Part shown: in pieces, positions 17,928 through 40,831 of the stretch | Numbering within the stretch: the stretch's first letter is position 1 | How the letters are laid out: each line of letters opens with the position of its first letter | Source: Amoebidium appalachense | Lineage: Eukaryota > Protista > Ichthyosporea | Direction of reading: 5' to 3' | Length of the DNA stretch: 64,000 bases | NCBI GenBank assembly: GCA_963693365.1 | Contig: CAVNZM010000002.1 | Coordinates: forward strand, 2,000,259 to 2,064,258 | Notes under the pieces: generated by a model | The model's input: the letters and a program-made list of their open reading frames with translations, nothing else | What the model was told of the DNA's origin: nothing | Databases searched by the model: none | Position numbers and translations under genes: made by a program

Positions 17928-18677
17928 TAACACGTCTAAATATAAGTATTCCTAATAGTTGGGGAACATAGAGCAATGCTACGTCGTGGGAAAAGAAGGA
18001 AAAGGAATGAGGATAGAAAGGAATGGAATGGGAAAGGAATCGAATAGAATTAATGAGGAATGTAGGTTACTATATTTGGGATAATATATCGAGGTCTGAT
18101 TGGATGACTTATTTAGACATTGACGCAAACAACAAGACGTGTGCGCGGGCTGAATAGCTCGATGTGTACACAGATCTAAGATATTTGTGCACACGGAAAC
18201 AGAAAGGAAAGAAAGAAAGGAAGAAAGCAAAAGGGAAAAGGAAACGAACTACAACAAACTAATAAACATATATAAAACTCAACTTCTAAGTCTTGCCGTT
18301 AATCATGGGAAGATGACATCCCCAATCAAGGGTTGGAAGTTGGGTTCTCGTGAAGTTTGTTGATGTGACTGTTGATGTCAATACCCTCACAATTGTAGAA
18401 GCAGGTGCCGTGACGTCACAGTCAAGTTTCCCCACTCGAGAAGACAAATGGAGAAGACTTGAAGGGGCAAGCCGGGGAAGAAAACCAAAACGGAAGAAGC
18501 ACACAACGACGATTGCCTCGGACGACTCGGAACATGACGGTAGCCAACGACGATATATATATATAGAAGAAAACACTAGTGTATGTGTGACGTGTTGGTG
18601 GCTAATGTTTTATACTGGGGCCCACCCAGATAAACACAAGGCATGAACATCTTGTGGACTGATTTATAGACTGGTTG

Positions 18678-21600
18678 TGTAAACAGTTGGACTAGTTAGG
18701 ATAAGGCAGAGTACAACTTACTGAATCAAAATAAAGACAGAGAACGGGTAGAAAGGCACACGCGGCCAGGTTGCTTTTACTATGGGCCGACTCAGTCTGT
18801 CTCAGACTTCACTGATGTGATCCCCGTACTGGGACGGCTTTGTTATATAGCCCCCAGGTTTTGGATCAAGGCCCAGGATTGGTTCATCCGCGGCCAGCGC
18901 GGGTGGCAACATGCCATTCGTGATTCTGGTGCGGTCCGAGCCAGTCAGACCTTTGTCCTATTTATGCAAACCCCTTATTGGTCCACTTCGTTTATGTGGT
19001 ATGCAGCAATAGAATCATATATGGTTCAATTCTTAGGTCAGAGTGAGTCCGATTGGTGCGGACATAATATTTATGTGATATTCATGACAAAGCACGAATC
19101 GTGTGCTAGTAGATCACATTCTTTAGTAAACATGTACAGTTCATGTGTACAGTTGTTTACACTCCCCCCCTTGTCGGGAGCCTGGTGGTGTCGTTAGACA
19201 AGCAAACCACCAGGCTGAGAGGCGATAAACAACCTTCAGCGAGAATTCTTGTGTGTGCCGAGCTGCTGGACAGAACAGAGCAAGGACGGTGGAATAGAGT
19301 TGTGCACGTCTATGAGCACTTCTTCATTTGCCAAAACGTAAATTCATGCAGCATTCTTCTGTGATTTCATTTTCGTGGCGAAGATTGTTGCAGAGTGTGC
19401 GTGCGAATAATTCGCTAAGCCTTCGTCTCTGTGCTTGGCTTTTCTGTAGAAGTAGTATTTTCCTTTTTGGGAATTTTTCCTTTTTAGGATACTCCCGCAG
19501 ATTCGTTTTCAATTGCGAGTAATTTGGTTGTGTGGATGAATGATCATACCAAACATTCGATAATGAATATAACTCGAGCCTTAGGTCACTTCGTAGCTCA
19601 GGTAGTGGTGGATAGCTTCAAGGCTTAGCCGCTGCTCCTTATCCCGGTTCTACCTTAAGACTGTAAGGCGAGTCACCATGGCCGGAAAAGCCACTTCTTT
19701 CATGAACAAAGAGCACTTCTTTCCTTTCAGCTTTAACCCTGCATCATCGGAGCTGGGAAAAACAGAATAAAAATGCCCAAGTGTTCTTCGTTGGGCGACA
19801 TAAAGAAATATATCACCCGTCAGAACCAGTAAAAGCCCGGTTCATAATTCATAAGAAGAGGGTAGGCAAAGCAAGCCTCCTTCAGAAAACACATGCTTCC
19901 ATTCGTGAGCAGTTTTCGTATCCCATTTGCCAGCCATTTTCGTTGAGCAGGGGGATTCCAGGCATAATACATTCTTCTGGAGGCTTGGCCTAAAAAGAAA
20001 AGTCGTCGCAGTCGCCCTTTCTTTTGTAAGCAACTTCGTGAGCGCGCTTCGTGTTTTCATATCCTCCAGTGCAGGTCTGGATGGTGCCCCATCCTCTGCT
20101 TCATTTGTAGGTGGCCCTACTGTAGGTTCTGTTCGTTGTGTGGAATACCAAAACCATTCGTATTCGTGGAACTGCTTTGTGCTGTGCTTTCTTTCGTGTT
20201 GGTGTTCATGAAGTTACCCCGTTCACACACCCTACTTCTTACATACATTAGATGTAAGTAGCTGCCTGGTGAGTGTGTGGTTCGTGTTCGTGGCATTCTT
20301 CTGTTCCTTCGTGAGAAGAATATTCGTTTTAGCAGAGGTGCCCAATAAGGCAGCTTGTGGGGTTGTCTCCCGCATGTGCCCATTGGTGGGGTATGCACGT
20401 GCTAAATTGTTACAGTGTCATCATATTGCAAGGGAATAACATGGTCACCTCCGTACCAGGGCCTAGTAGGTACACATGATGGTCCGATGTGTTAGTCAAC
20501 AACACCTTGCATTCGTATTCGTATTTGTCTTCCACGGCACTTTCTTCAGTAGTGAAGGAGGGTATTCGTAATTCGAAACTGAAAGGCTTCCAGCCAAAAT
20601 ACTGACACTGTATGATGGGGTTGTGAGGGAGCGGTGCCCATACCACATTCTTTTGTTCTGGTGGGGGTGTGCCGGCAGCTAGTGCAAGGCTTGACAGTGT
20701 AATTGGTATGTTACACCGTATTGCCACAGACGGGCATTCACCTTAAAATTCGTACCCAACACCTTCTTTGTTTTTCACATGCATGAACAAAAGTTCTGCA
20801 TCGACTTTATTACATGCCTTTTGTGCACCAAGAGTGCAAATTCGTTAGGGCGTGGCACCAGGAAGGGCCGCCATACATGAGTCAGGCATATGTTCGTAAT
20901 GTGTTTAGGCATGCCAGCATACATTCATGCGCATGTTGTGCATCCTGTGCGCTAAACTATGGGGCATGCTGTATTCGAGAACAGCAAGGGATTCGAAGCA
21001 TGCATGCAACACTACTTTCATAAGATCTTAGGTCCTACATGCTATAGCAACAGCGACTATCTTCTTCGTTAAGTGCATTTGTGCTGAAAGTGGCCGTGCA
21101 TCTGGCTTGCGAGTGTGGACGTGCATGCGGTGGCATGGACACGATGGCAGTGTGCAATAGGGCAATGCACGCAAGGGCAACGGTTTTATTTTCTTCCTAA
21201 CATAGAGGGGGCTGTGTGCATTGCAACCCAAGCAGTGTTGTGCATTCGTCCTTTCATTTTCGTATTTCCAGTTCATTTTGCTTTCGTTTTTCGTTTTTTG
21301 TCGTTTGATAACTTCGTTACTTTGTTTTGTTTTGTGTTGCATTCATTTCGTATTTCCTCTATGCATTCGCTTGTCGTTAATTCTTTATTTCATTGCGTAT
21401 TCGTGATGGTTCGTTTTTCGTTGGTTCATTGCTTCGTTAGCAATTCTTTATTCGTTTGTTCGTGTATTCGTTGTTTCGTTGTGTATTCGTTTTTCTTCAC
21501 ATTTTTGATGTGTCGTAGCAAAAGAAGTTTTACATGCTTTCAATTCTTTCCGTGTAGGTGGGCTGGCCACTTCAAACTTGTCGGTGTATATATTCTAAGC

Positions 21601-22741
21601 CGGACAAGGAAAGATGTGCCTATCATCGGGGTAAAAAGGATTGTGATCGGCCATGGGAGATTCTTAAGGTGATTGAAAGATGTGAGATTCTTGAACTGAT
21701 TGAAAGATGTGAGATTCGAAGGATGCGAGATTCTTGAACTGCGCGGTCGCCAATGTAAACAGTTGGACTAGTTAGGATAAGGCAGAGTACAACTGAATCA
21801 AAATAAAGACAGAGAACGGGTAGAAAGGCACACGCGGCCAGGTTGCTTTTACTATGGGCCAACTCAGTCTGTCTCAGACTTCACTGATGTGATCCCCGTA
21901 CTGGGACGGCTTTGTTATATAGCCCCCAGGTTTTGGATCAAGGCCCAGGATTGGTTCATCCGCGGCCAGCGCGGGTGGCAACATGCCATTCGTGATTCTG
22001 GTGCGGTCCGAGCCAGTCAGACCTTTGTCCTATTTATGCAAACCCCTTATTGGTCCACTTCGTTTATGTGGTATGCAGCAATAGAATCATATATGGTTCA
22101 ATTCTTAGGTCAGAGTGAGTCCTATTGGTGCGGACATAATATTTATGTGATATTCATGACAAAGCACGAATCGTGTGCTAGTAGATCACATTCTTTAGTA
22201 AACATGTACAGTTCATGTGTACAGTTGTTTACACTCCTCCTGCCGCGGTCGCCAATGTAAACAGTTGGACTAGTTGGGATAAGGCAGAGTACAACTGAAT
22301 CAAAATAAAGACAGAGAACGGGTAGAAAGGCACACGCGGCCAGGTTGCTTTTACTATGGGCCGACTCAGTCTGTCTCAGACTTCACTGATGTGATCCCCG
22401 TACTGGGACGGCTTTGTTATATAGCCCCCAGGTTTTGGATCAAGGCCCAGGATTGGTTCATCCGCGGCCAGCGCGGGTGGCAACATGCCATTCGTGATTC
22501 TGGTGCGGTCGGAGTCCGAGCCAGTCAGACCTTTGTCCTATTTATGCAAACCCCTTATTGGTCCACTTCGTTTATGTGGTATGCAGCAATAGAATCATAT
22601 ATGGTTCAATTCTTAGGTCAGAGTGAGTCCTATTGGTGCGGACATAATATTTATGTGATATTCATGACAAAGCACGAATCGTGTGCTAGTAGATCACATT
22701 CTTTAGTAAACATGTACAGTTCATGTGTACAGTTGTTTACA
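18678..22741 (-). mobile_element. Non-autonomous Ty3/gypsy-derived element with three LTRs
   Basis: LTRs at 18678-19161, 21754-22233 and 22256-22741, each TGTAAACA...TGTTTACA; TSD GGTTG (18673-77, 22742-46); [12 protein letters not shown]; PBS TGGCGACCGCG; RT remnant DAGLKLKGKKCSLFMKEVAF at ~19685-19746. Confidence 0.92.
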
Positions 22742-23071
22742 GGTTGTCAACTAGTTAAGACACGGGGAAGGTACATCCCGAGGACTAGGTTTAGACTGGC
22801 AGTCAACCAGCACGCCATGGCTATAGATAATAATTTATACTGGGACGCCATCCCAGTTCGACATATACATAAGTCGAATATAAAAGAAAACCAATATATA
22901 TGGTGGTATATAAATAAACGATCGGATGGTGGAGAAGGAAGTCCCCGCTGAAGATGCACACACTGAAGATCGATGAAGACAGCACTAGACTTTCGTTGGG
23001 AGGTGTCTCTACACGGTGATGTGTAGACCACTGGCCGGGGCCCCAACCTACTTGAAGACCACTGTAGATGA

Positions 23072-23107
<36 letters not shown>

Positions 23108-23108
23108 C

Positions 23109-26100
23109 TCAGTCACGAAGAGTGAGGGAAGCACGGTGCTGCTCGTGGGAGGGCCCAGGCAGGGCCTTGGTGAAGATGTCGGCCACGTTGTCCTTGGTGG
23201 ACACGTAGGTGACGACCACATCCCCACTCTTGATGTAGTCCTTCGTGTTGTGGTACCGGACGGCAATGTGTTTGGTCCGGTGCTTGATGCTGTTGGTGTG
23301 CAGGAGGGCACTGGTGGACTGGTTGTCACAGTAGACGGGGGTGGGGTCGGTCATCGGGTAGCCGAGTTCACGGAGGAGATCACGGTGCCAGATGACGTTT
23401 TGAACAGCAGCATTGATGGCCAGAAGCTCAGCCTCGGTGGTGGATGTTGCCCTGATGGACTGCAGCTTCGAATACCATGTGATGGGGATGCCCTTGAAGA
23501 AGATGACGTATCCGGTGGTTGAACGACGGGTGTTGGGGCAGTTAGCAAAGTCGGCATCAGAATAACACTCCAGCAAGGAGGTGTTGTCGTCGGATGCAGA
23601 CTTGTCGTAGTGGAGGCCCAGGTTGGATGTGCCGATGAGGTACCGAACTACACGGAGTAGACATTCCAATGCAAGTTTGGTGGGGTTGGCACTGAATCTA
23701 CCGAGGTAGCCGATGGCAAAGGAGATGTCGGGCCGGGAACAACGAGCAACCCACAAAAGACGGCCGAGTAGTTCACGGTATGGAACCTTGATGGGTAGTG
23801 AGTCGTTCTCGTTGATGGTGATGACGGTGCCGACGGGGATGGGAGTGGCCTTGGGGTTGGCATCGTTGAGGTTGAAGTCTCTGACGATGTCGTTGATGTA
23901 GGACTGTTGAAGGGCAGCTTGAGGTGACCGGGGGTGTGGATGAGCTGGGTGCCGAGGAAGATGTCGGGGAGGTCGACCTTGCAGAGAGCTGACTTCATGA
24001 TGTGGTCTACTAGATCCTTGGTGTGGGAGGAGTTGGCCGTGCAGATGATGAAGACGTCGTCCACATAGTTGCCAGTGAGGATGATGTCACCGTTGGGGAA
24101 GGACTTGATGTAGACACATGGATCTGAACGGAGACGTTCGAGACCGTGAGCAAGGAGGACCTTGTCGAAGTACTCATACCATGCCAGTGATGCCTGTTTG
24201 AGGCCGTAGAGTGCCTTCTTGAGTTTCCAGACCTTGTGCTCGTTGCCGGGGGTGATGAAGCCAGGTGGTGGCTCAATGTAGATGTCTTCTTGAAGAGGAC
24301 TGTTGAGGAAGGCCGTGGATACGTCGAGTTGATGAATCTCATGGTTGCCGTCCACACCGATGGCAAGGAGGGCACGGAAGAAGGAGGACATCACTACGGG
24401 GGAAGAGGTGTCACCGTAGTCAACACCGTAGACTTGAGTGAAGCCCTTTGCAACACCACGAGCCTTGATCTTGGTGTCACCGGCTGAGTTGAGGACTTTC
24501 TCAGTCACAATCCACTTGAACTTGATGATGTTGGCATCAGGGGGGGGATCAACGATGGTGAAGACATCCTTGGTGATGAAGGCTTGGTACTCGGAGGTGA
24601 GGGCAGCTATGACGGCATCACCGTTGGGACCGTTGCAAAGCTTTTGTATGCCCCTGGGTAGTTGGTCAATGTTGATGGTCGGTGCTGTGATGCTGACCAG
24701 TGCCGTTGATGGCTTGGTGAGACGTGTAGACCGACGGAGGTTCGGCTTGGGGGAGTCCTTGAGGGGGGTGGACTCGGAGGCCGGGGAGGTGTTGTAGGCC
24801 GGGACAGGAGCATAGAAGCCAGGAATGGGACCTGTGGTGAGGGGGGCATCGGTGTCCACAGGGCTGCTCGAGGCCGAGTGGAAGGTTGGGGACCCAGGAC
24901 GAACCGGAGTCATGTAGCCGGGTTGATGCACGGCAACGGGGGGGGCCGGCAGCAAAGGTTGTTGGCCGGTGGGGGGGGGGCTCGGGGGGGGAACGGGTTC
25001 GACCGGGGCTGGTTGGTTGTGCCAGGACGGTTGGGTGATGACCACAGACGGAATTTCATCGTCGTCGTCGGAGGGGGGGGTCCATTGTCGGCAGATCGGG
25101 TTTGGGGGGATTCGGGGACCTGATTGGTGCTGCTCGTGAATTTTGACTTTTCGAAGATCACGTCACGGCAGATCTTGACTTGGTTGCTGGCATGGTCGAG
25201 GATCTTGTGTGCCTTCGAGGGCATATCCCAGCCGACGTAGGTGCCGACTCTGACGGTTGATGCAAGCTTGTTCCTCTTGGATCGGGGAACATGGACATAG
25301 GCAGGGGAGCCGAACACGTGGAGCTGGGAGACGTCGGGTTTGAAGCCGTGGAAGGCTTCGAAGGGGGTGTTGCCGTTGGCAGCAGATGACAGTGTGACGT
25401 TGATGATGTAGCCAGCATGCTTGAGAGCAGCAACCCACAACTTGGGAGAGAGAGGTTGGTCCTTGTCGGCATGGAGGAAGCAACGGACTGTCTCTTGGAG
25501 GTCTCTCATCTTCCGTTCAACTACACCGTTGTGCTGTGGTGTGTCGACGGGGGCAAACTCCATGATGATGCCTTTCTGCTTGCAGTAGGCTTCGGTGTCC
25601 TTTGATGTGAACTCGGAGCCGGAGTCAAACCGAAGATGGGTGACGATCTCAGGGGTCTGACGTTCGACGGTTTCAACGAGAGACTGGATGTAGCTGAGGG
25701 TTTCAGCACAGTTGTAGAGGGGGAACACGGTGGTGTAACCGGTGGCATCACAAACACACACCAGAGCAACCTTGTAGCCGCCGTAGGAAGCACAGGGAGC
25801 TTCGAAGAAGTCCAGGTGCCACTTAGCACCGGGGATGGTGAAACGGGAACGGGTGCCGGGAAATGGAGCCTTGGTGGTCTTGCCAGACATGCAGCCGAAG
25901 CAGTCACTGTGGTCGGTTGACTTGAGGGAGGGGGGCATGCCGATGACAAGCTCCTCCTTGGCCATTCTGGTGACGGTGGATAGGGCTCGGTGGCCGAGAC
26001 GGTTGTGCCAAAGGGTAAGGTCGTCGGTCGGTTGAGTCCTTGCTGTGTAGGCTTGGACCCACGGGTGTTGAGGAGTGTCGATCACGTAGTCAGTGATGTA

Positions 26101-26642
26101 CTAGAGCCCATTGAGGGGGGTGAGGTCGGAAATAATGTTACCATTACGGCTGTAGAGGAACGACGGATGGGTGTCTGCATCGTCACAATGACCAAGGAGG
26201 CCGGCAGTAGAGGCCATGGATGCAGACACGAGGAAGGACGGTGACTCGGGTACGTAGAGAGCGTTGATGCTGCACTGGGTTGAGTTGCCGTTGTAGTGCA
26301 GGGTCATGTTGATGATGCCAAGGTGTGTGGCATTGACGGTGCCCAGGCCTTGAATGGGGATGGAGGTACACGGGGTAAGGGTGGAGAAATACTCCTTGAT
26401 GGGGCAGATGTGTGCATTGCAAGCACTGTCCCAGACGGGGTCGTCACGGTGTGGTGTGCCGGTGGAGGAGATAAGTGCAAATTGCACACTCTTGTTGCCT
26501 TTCTCCTGCTTGGCACGACGAGCAACAGCACAGCCAGGCTCTGGGCATGATGTGATGTGGTGGGGTTCATGGCAGTAGGAACACTCCACTCTCTTGTTGT
26601 TGTGCTGTCGGTTACGGTTGTCCCTGTTACCACGGGGGTAAG
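23109..26642 (-). pseudogene. Copia gag-pol remnant with an in-frame stop and frameshifts
   Basis: CSYC..HHITSC knuckle; protease WDSACNAH; integrase LWHNRLGH, CFGC, HLDF, RFDSGSEF, NGVVER; RT KIKARGVAKGFTQ, QLDVSTAFLN, YVDD; RNase H YSDADFA, ADIFTKAL. TAG at 26101-26103; frameshifts near 25045 and 23900. Confidence 0.95.
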
Positions 26643-26705
26643 TGTCATCTTCCCATGATTATCGGCAAGACTTAGAAGTTGAGTTTTATATATGTTTATT
26701 AGTTT
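26643..26705 (+). mobile_element. Short copia LTR terminus, inverted relative to the adjacent element
   Basis: TGTCATCTTCCCATGAT...TTATTAGTTT is the reverse complement of the LTR end at ~18256-18318. Confidence 0.85.
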
Positions 26706-26725
26706 CAAATTAATAAAAAATAAAA

Positions 26726-26757
<32 letters not shown>

Positions 26758-26901
26758 AATAAAGAAAAACCACTCACAATAGCCTACCACGGCCTGAACC
26801 CTCATCGAGCTCCACACCGTTCACCCACTCGTACAGACACTTCTGCACACACAGTCTCTCTATTTCTGTGCGACTAGAGCTCAATGCCTACTCTTCCCCT
26901 T

Positions 26902-26932
<31 letters not shown>

Positions 26933-28239
26933 GGCTGCCCACCCGTCCGTCCGGTCACCCCCTGTGAGTATCGCCTTGAATTCATCCCAGCCACACTTCA
27001 TACAACGCCACATTTACTATCCTAAACCCCCCACCTCCCCCCGCCCACAATCGCAAACGCAAAGGCTTAGTTGCCTACCCCCCCCCCCCCCCCCCCTCCC
27101 TTCCGGCCCGTCGCCACCCCCCCCCCCCCCCCCCCCCTCCCCCCCCCCCTCCTTTCCCCTCCCCCTCCCCCCTCAGCACCCCCAGCAGCTTTCCACCACA
27201 ACCACCAACAACAACAACAAGTGAGAAGGACAGGTATGCACATAAGCACTTGCCGTGTATGAACTAGCACCGCACACACACAATTAGAGTAAGGCAAGGC
27301 CTGACTCAGTCTGCCACATCGCACGTACACCTGTATATCGTGATGCCTACATGGGCTGCATGTATGCACACACACGTCTACTAGGCACGTACTGCATGCA
27401 TGCACAGCAAGCGTCCACAGAGAGGCTTGTGCAATTCGCATCAACACAAAAATGAGCATTACGCACCAACTACATATTTAGGTGCAAACAATATTCGCTC
27501 TGTTGGCCGCTCCCACCAACACAAACTTCACACACACGAAAACACAAAAACAAGCATGCGGTGGACAGTTTTCACCAGTAGGACTTGATAGTGTTACAAC
27601 AATCAAAGGACAATGCACACATTTTGCTTCTCTGCCACGAGCCCAAGCTGTGGCTATAAACTTCAATCTTGCTCTTTTTATCATTTTATTTTGCATGTAT
27701 TAAATTTTGCAAAAGCGCCGTGCACATAGTTCTCAAGGATATATCGAAGAGGTATGAAGTGTGGGGATTGCATTAGTCTAACGCTGCACATAAATAGTGC
27801 TGTGGAGGACATATGAGAGTGCTACTGGGTGAATTCGTCCTATCATACGGTGGAATGCACATACGAAACATACAAGAAAAGTAAAACAAAACTCTAACAC
27901 TTGAATGGGTCCCACCCTGAGAGGCTCAAAGTACTAAATCACAATTCATACAATTTACACCAATCGAGTACAAACTTTAGCTCTAGAAAAGGGGCTCAAG
28001 GTATCCCCCCCCCCCCCCCCCCCCCTCCCCTCCCCCCCCCCCACACACACACATACACACCTCCCGGCTTATTCGTACGAAATTTCACATCACAAACACC
28101 CCGGTATAAACTATCACATTATAACGACAGGAATTCATGTTTCCCGAAAGAAAACCTAATCCACCCACCCTTTGGTCCACTGCATACACGCATCAAAATG
28201 TTCTTATATGAAATTTCAGTATATCCCATGCATATCTAC

Positions 28240-38300
<10,061 letters not shown>

Positions 38301-38373
38301 GGGTTAAAGGGAGGAGGGAGGTAAGTGACGATCACCCAGCAGATGGCTTCGTCAGTCACACACACGATTAGCG

Positions 38374-38489
38374 ATGGATATTAAATCTTACTTACCTAAA
38401 TAATAGAGGCAAAAAAAAAAACGTCTTTACACGCGCACGTTTTTTTTTTTTTGCCTCTATTATTTAGGTAAGTAAGATTTAATATCCAT
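38374..38489. repeat. Near-perfect AT-rich hairpin (MITE-like) upstream of the helicase
   Basis: Arm ATGGATATTAAATCTTACTTACCTAAATAATAGAGGC(A)nACGT and its reverse complement around a ~13-nt loop. Confidence 0.85.
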
Positions 38490-38978
38490 TATTATAGGTA
38501 GTGATATTACACATATTAGAGAGCGAGGGGGGGGGGGGTTTAAAAACATCATAAAGTACGAAGTACACATGTACAATGGACAAAACAGTGCAGAGTGCAA
38601 ACCACACACAAAGAATATGCTCAATAAGCAGAGCAGAGCTCATCCTCCAGGGGGGATTACATGCACCACAGTATCCGTGTTTCGGGGAAGGGGGGGAAGG
38701 GGGGGCGGGGGGAAAGGGGGAGCAGCAGCTTATGCGACCCACAGAAAAAAAGGCCCCCGAAAAGGGCACAGACAGAGAAAGGGGAACGAATGAGAACAGC
38801 AGATGTCCTGCAGTAAAGGGCTAAAGGAGGCGGGAGAGGAGAGCCGGGTAGACAGGAAGGAGTGGGGGGGGGGGGGGGAAGGTTAGAGTGTACGAAGTAC
38901 ACATTCATCACGGAGCTAATGGAGAGTGCAAACCACAGGGAGTATGCATAACAGTAGAGCCCAACCTCCAGAGGCCCT

Positions 38979-39020
<42 letters not shown>

Positions 39021-40309
39021 AGTCTCCGGGGCCAGGGCCAGGTTGGGCGGGGGGTGGGAGAGGGAGGGGGGAGGTATACGCAACTCACACACTAGAGTTA
39101 CACACTATGGTCCACACGAAAGAAGCGGACTACTATTCATGCTCACACAATCAAGCACCTCAGGTGCGGAATAACCCAGGTCGGAAACTCTTCAAGGCCT
39201 GTGTTTACGCCGTGCACATCTAGAAGGTGAATGAAGAAAAAACGTACATGTATTCATCCTCATAAATACAGCAGGTATCCATGTAAACAGCAGAAACATC
39301 GCGCACAGTTTCAAGGATCACACACTGTGAGACTCGGGTGCATGTTCACTGACCTTGTAAACAGGGCTCTCTCGCAGTTCATTCCTCGGGCAGGTGAACC
39401 TACAATCTTTCCTCCTAGTCTCCCAACCATTACCTTCCCTTGGGTGTTACCCACCCTCCACAAAGCTCTAACACCATGCATGGTTATTAAAGGCACCCTG
39501 CCAAGACCACCTAACTGGAGACTACGGAGGGATTCAGATCACAGCCGTCCGTCCAATCAACAAATGTGACTCATCTATGAGGCTGGTTGATATAGAAAAA
39601 TCTGCCGTCCGAGGGCGTTGTAAATATCAAGTGTATACAATCCTCAGGAAAATAATTCTTTATCTATTGACAGTGTACATATGAGAAGTGCCACACTACT
39701 AGTGCACGTGGTTTGTGAACACGGCCAAGCTTGGCATTGAGTCTTTTGGGTCACGTTTTGATGGCGAAGATTAGCCAAAACAAGTAACAACGCATTTCCG
39801 AATTAGGAAGTCCGCGCTCTTGGAGCGCGTCGAGCTAATTACCGCGCCGCCTTCAAAAATATCAACTTCTGGAACAAGCAAACCCATCGCAGCTGCAAAA
39901 GTGTACATACTTCAAAGAGAGCATACTATTGTAGAACATCGCCATGCAGTTCACGAGGAAAATCATGCCACGACGTGCATGTGCATCTTTCCCTGCTGTA
40001 GGTTCTTTGAAAATGCTTTCCTACGATAAAATAAGTTTGGAAGCTGATCATGAGGCAGGATGGAATCAGCCTTCAGTAACCTTTTTAGTAACCAAGCACA
40101 TGTAACTACACGGGCTTTTTGACCCACCCTTAGAAACGTAACGAATGCTACGTAGAGCTCCTATGACATAAACCTAAATAAAGGTTCGGAGCAGCCATAG
40201 TATTCCGGCTACACAGAAAGATGTCATGTATAAAAGGCCGAGAATGTGGCTCTTTTTCCATAACTCTAGATCCCACATGCCCGCCCATCACCGACCCAAA
40301 GACCCAACC

Positions 40310-40831
40310 ATGCCCAAGCGCTTCTACCACTACACCACAGGTCATGGCTTTCGCAGCATTCGCAGCTCCAACACCCTCCGTGGCTCTTCTCAGGCCTCGG
40401 TTGTCTACAAATTCAACAAAAACACACCCGCATCTAAGCGCAAGCAATTCCAAGCCATTGACTTCACGGCCATGGGACCCGAGTGCACCGACCAAGAACT
40501 CTACCACAACAACTGGAGGCTGCAAATTGCATCCGGGGCCGACCCTCTCAAGTGCCAATACTACGTATGTGTGGAAGTTCCCAATTACTTTTTCCAGATA
40601 GTTAAAGGTGTTGGTCGGAAAACCGGCCGAAAGACCCTAAGAGCTCGAGACGTGTGGCTGCGGGCCGGAGCTGACTTTTCGCTAGCCAACCACAAAGTTT
40701 ATGGTGTGCACAATGTTTACTTCGGGCGGAGGACGATGAGGTGCCATGGACGCTACCGCCGGTCGGTCAAGAAGGCGAACGAGATTTATAAGGTGGCATT
40801 TGGTGATGCTCACTTGTTGAGGGTAGACTAA
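40310..40831 (+). CDS. Tox-ART-HYD1-like ADP-ribosyltransferase-fold protein, intronless, 173 aa
   Basis: FYHYTTGHGFRSIRSSNTLRGS, then IDFTAMGP, LYHNNW, YYVCVEV and RDVWL, following the HYD1 pattern; TATAAAA at 40229 and CAACCATG context favour ATG 40310 over 40226. Confidence 0.72.
   Translation: MPKRFYHYTTGHGFRSIRSSNTLRGSSQASVVYKFNKNTPASKRKQFQAIDFTAMGPECTDQELYHNNWRLQIASGADPLKCQYYVCVEVPNYFFQIVKGVGRKTGRKTLRARDVWLRAGADFSLANHKVYGVHNVYFGRRTMRCHGRYRRSVKKANEIYKVAFGDAHLLRVD

Larger units (their letters stand above)
16019..26642 (-). mobile_element. Ty1/copia retrotransposon, 5'-truncated and decayed, carrying two nested insertions
   Basis: Domain order zinc knuckle-PR-IN-RT-RH; long 3' UTR; PPT-like TTGATTGGGGA directly before the 3' LTR (18318 to 16019, TG...CA). 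Confidence 0.85.

Noticed and set aside
18790-18840. Possible hammerhead ribozyme (retrozyme) in the gypsy LTR
   Set aside because: CTGATGT does not match the CUGANGA core and no properly placed GAAA follows
18817-22951. Three copies of a ~125-aa ORF (MIPVLGRLC...)
   Set aside because: Starts inside the LTRs at a GTG codon, antisense to the element, with a different end in each copy
26101-26103. Programmed read-through stop in copia
   Set aside because: Lies between protease and integrase where Tyr is expected (NGLYY); with other frameshifts present, simple decay is more likely
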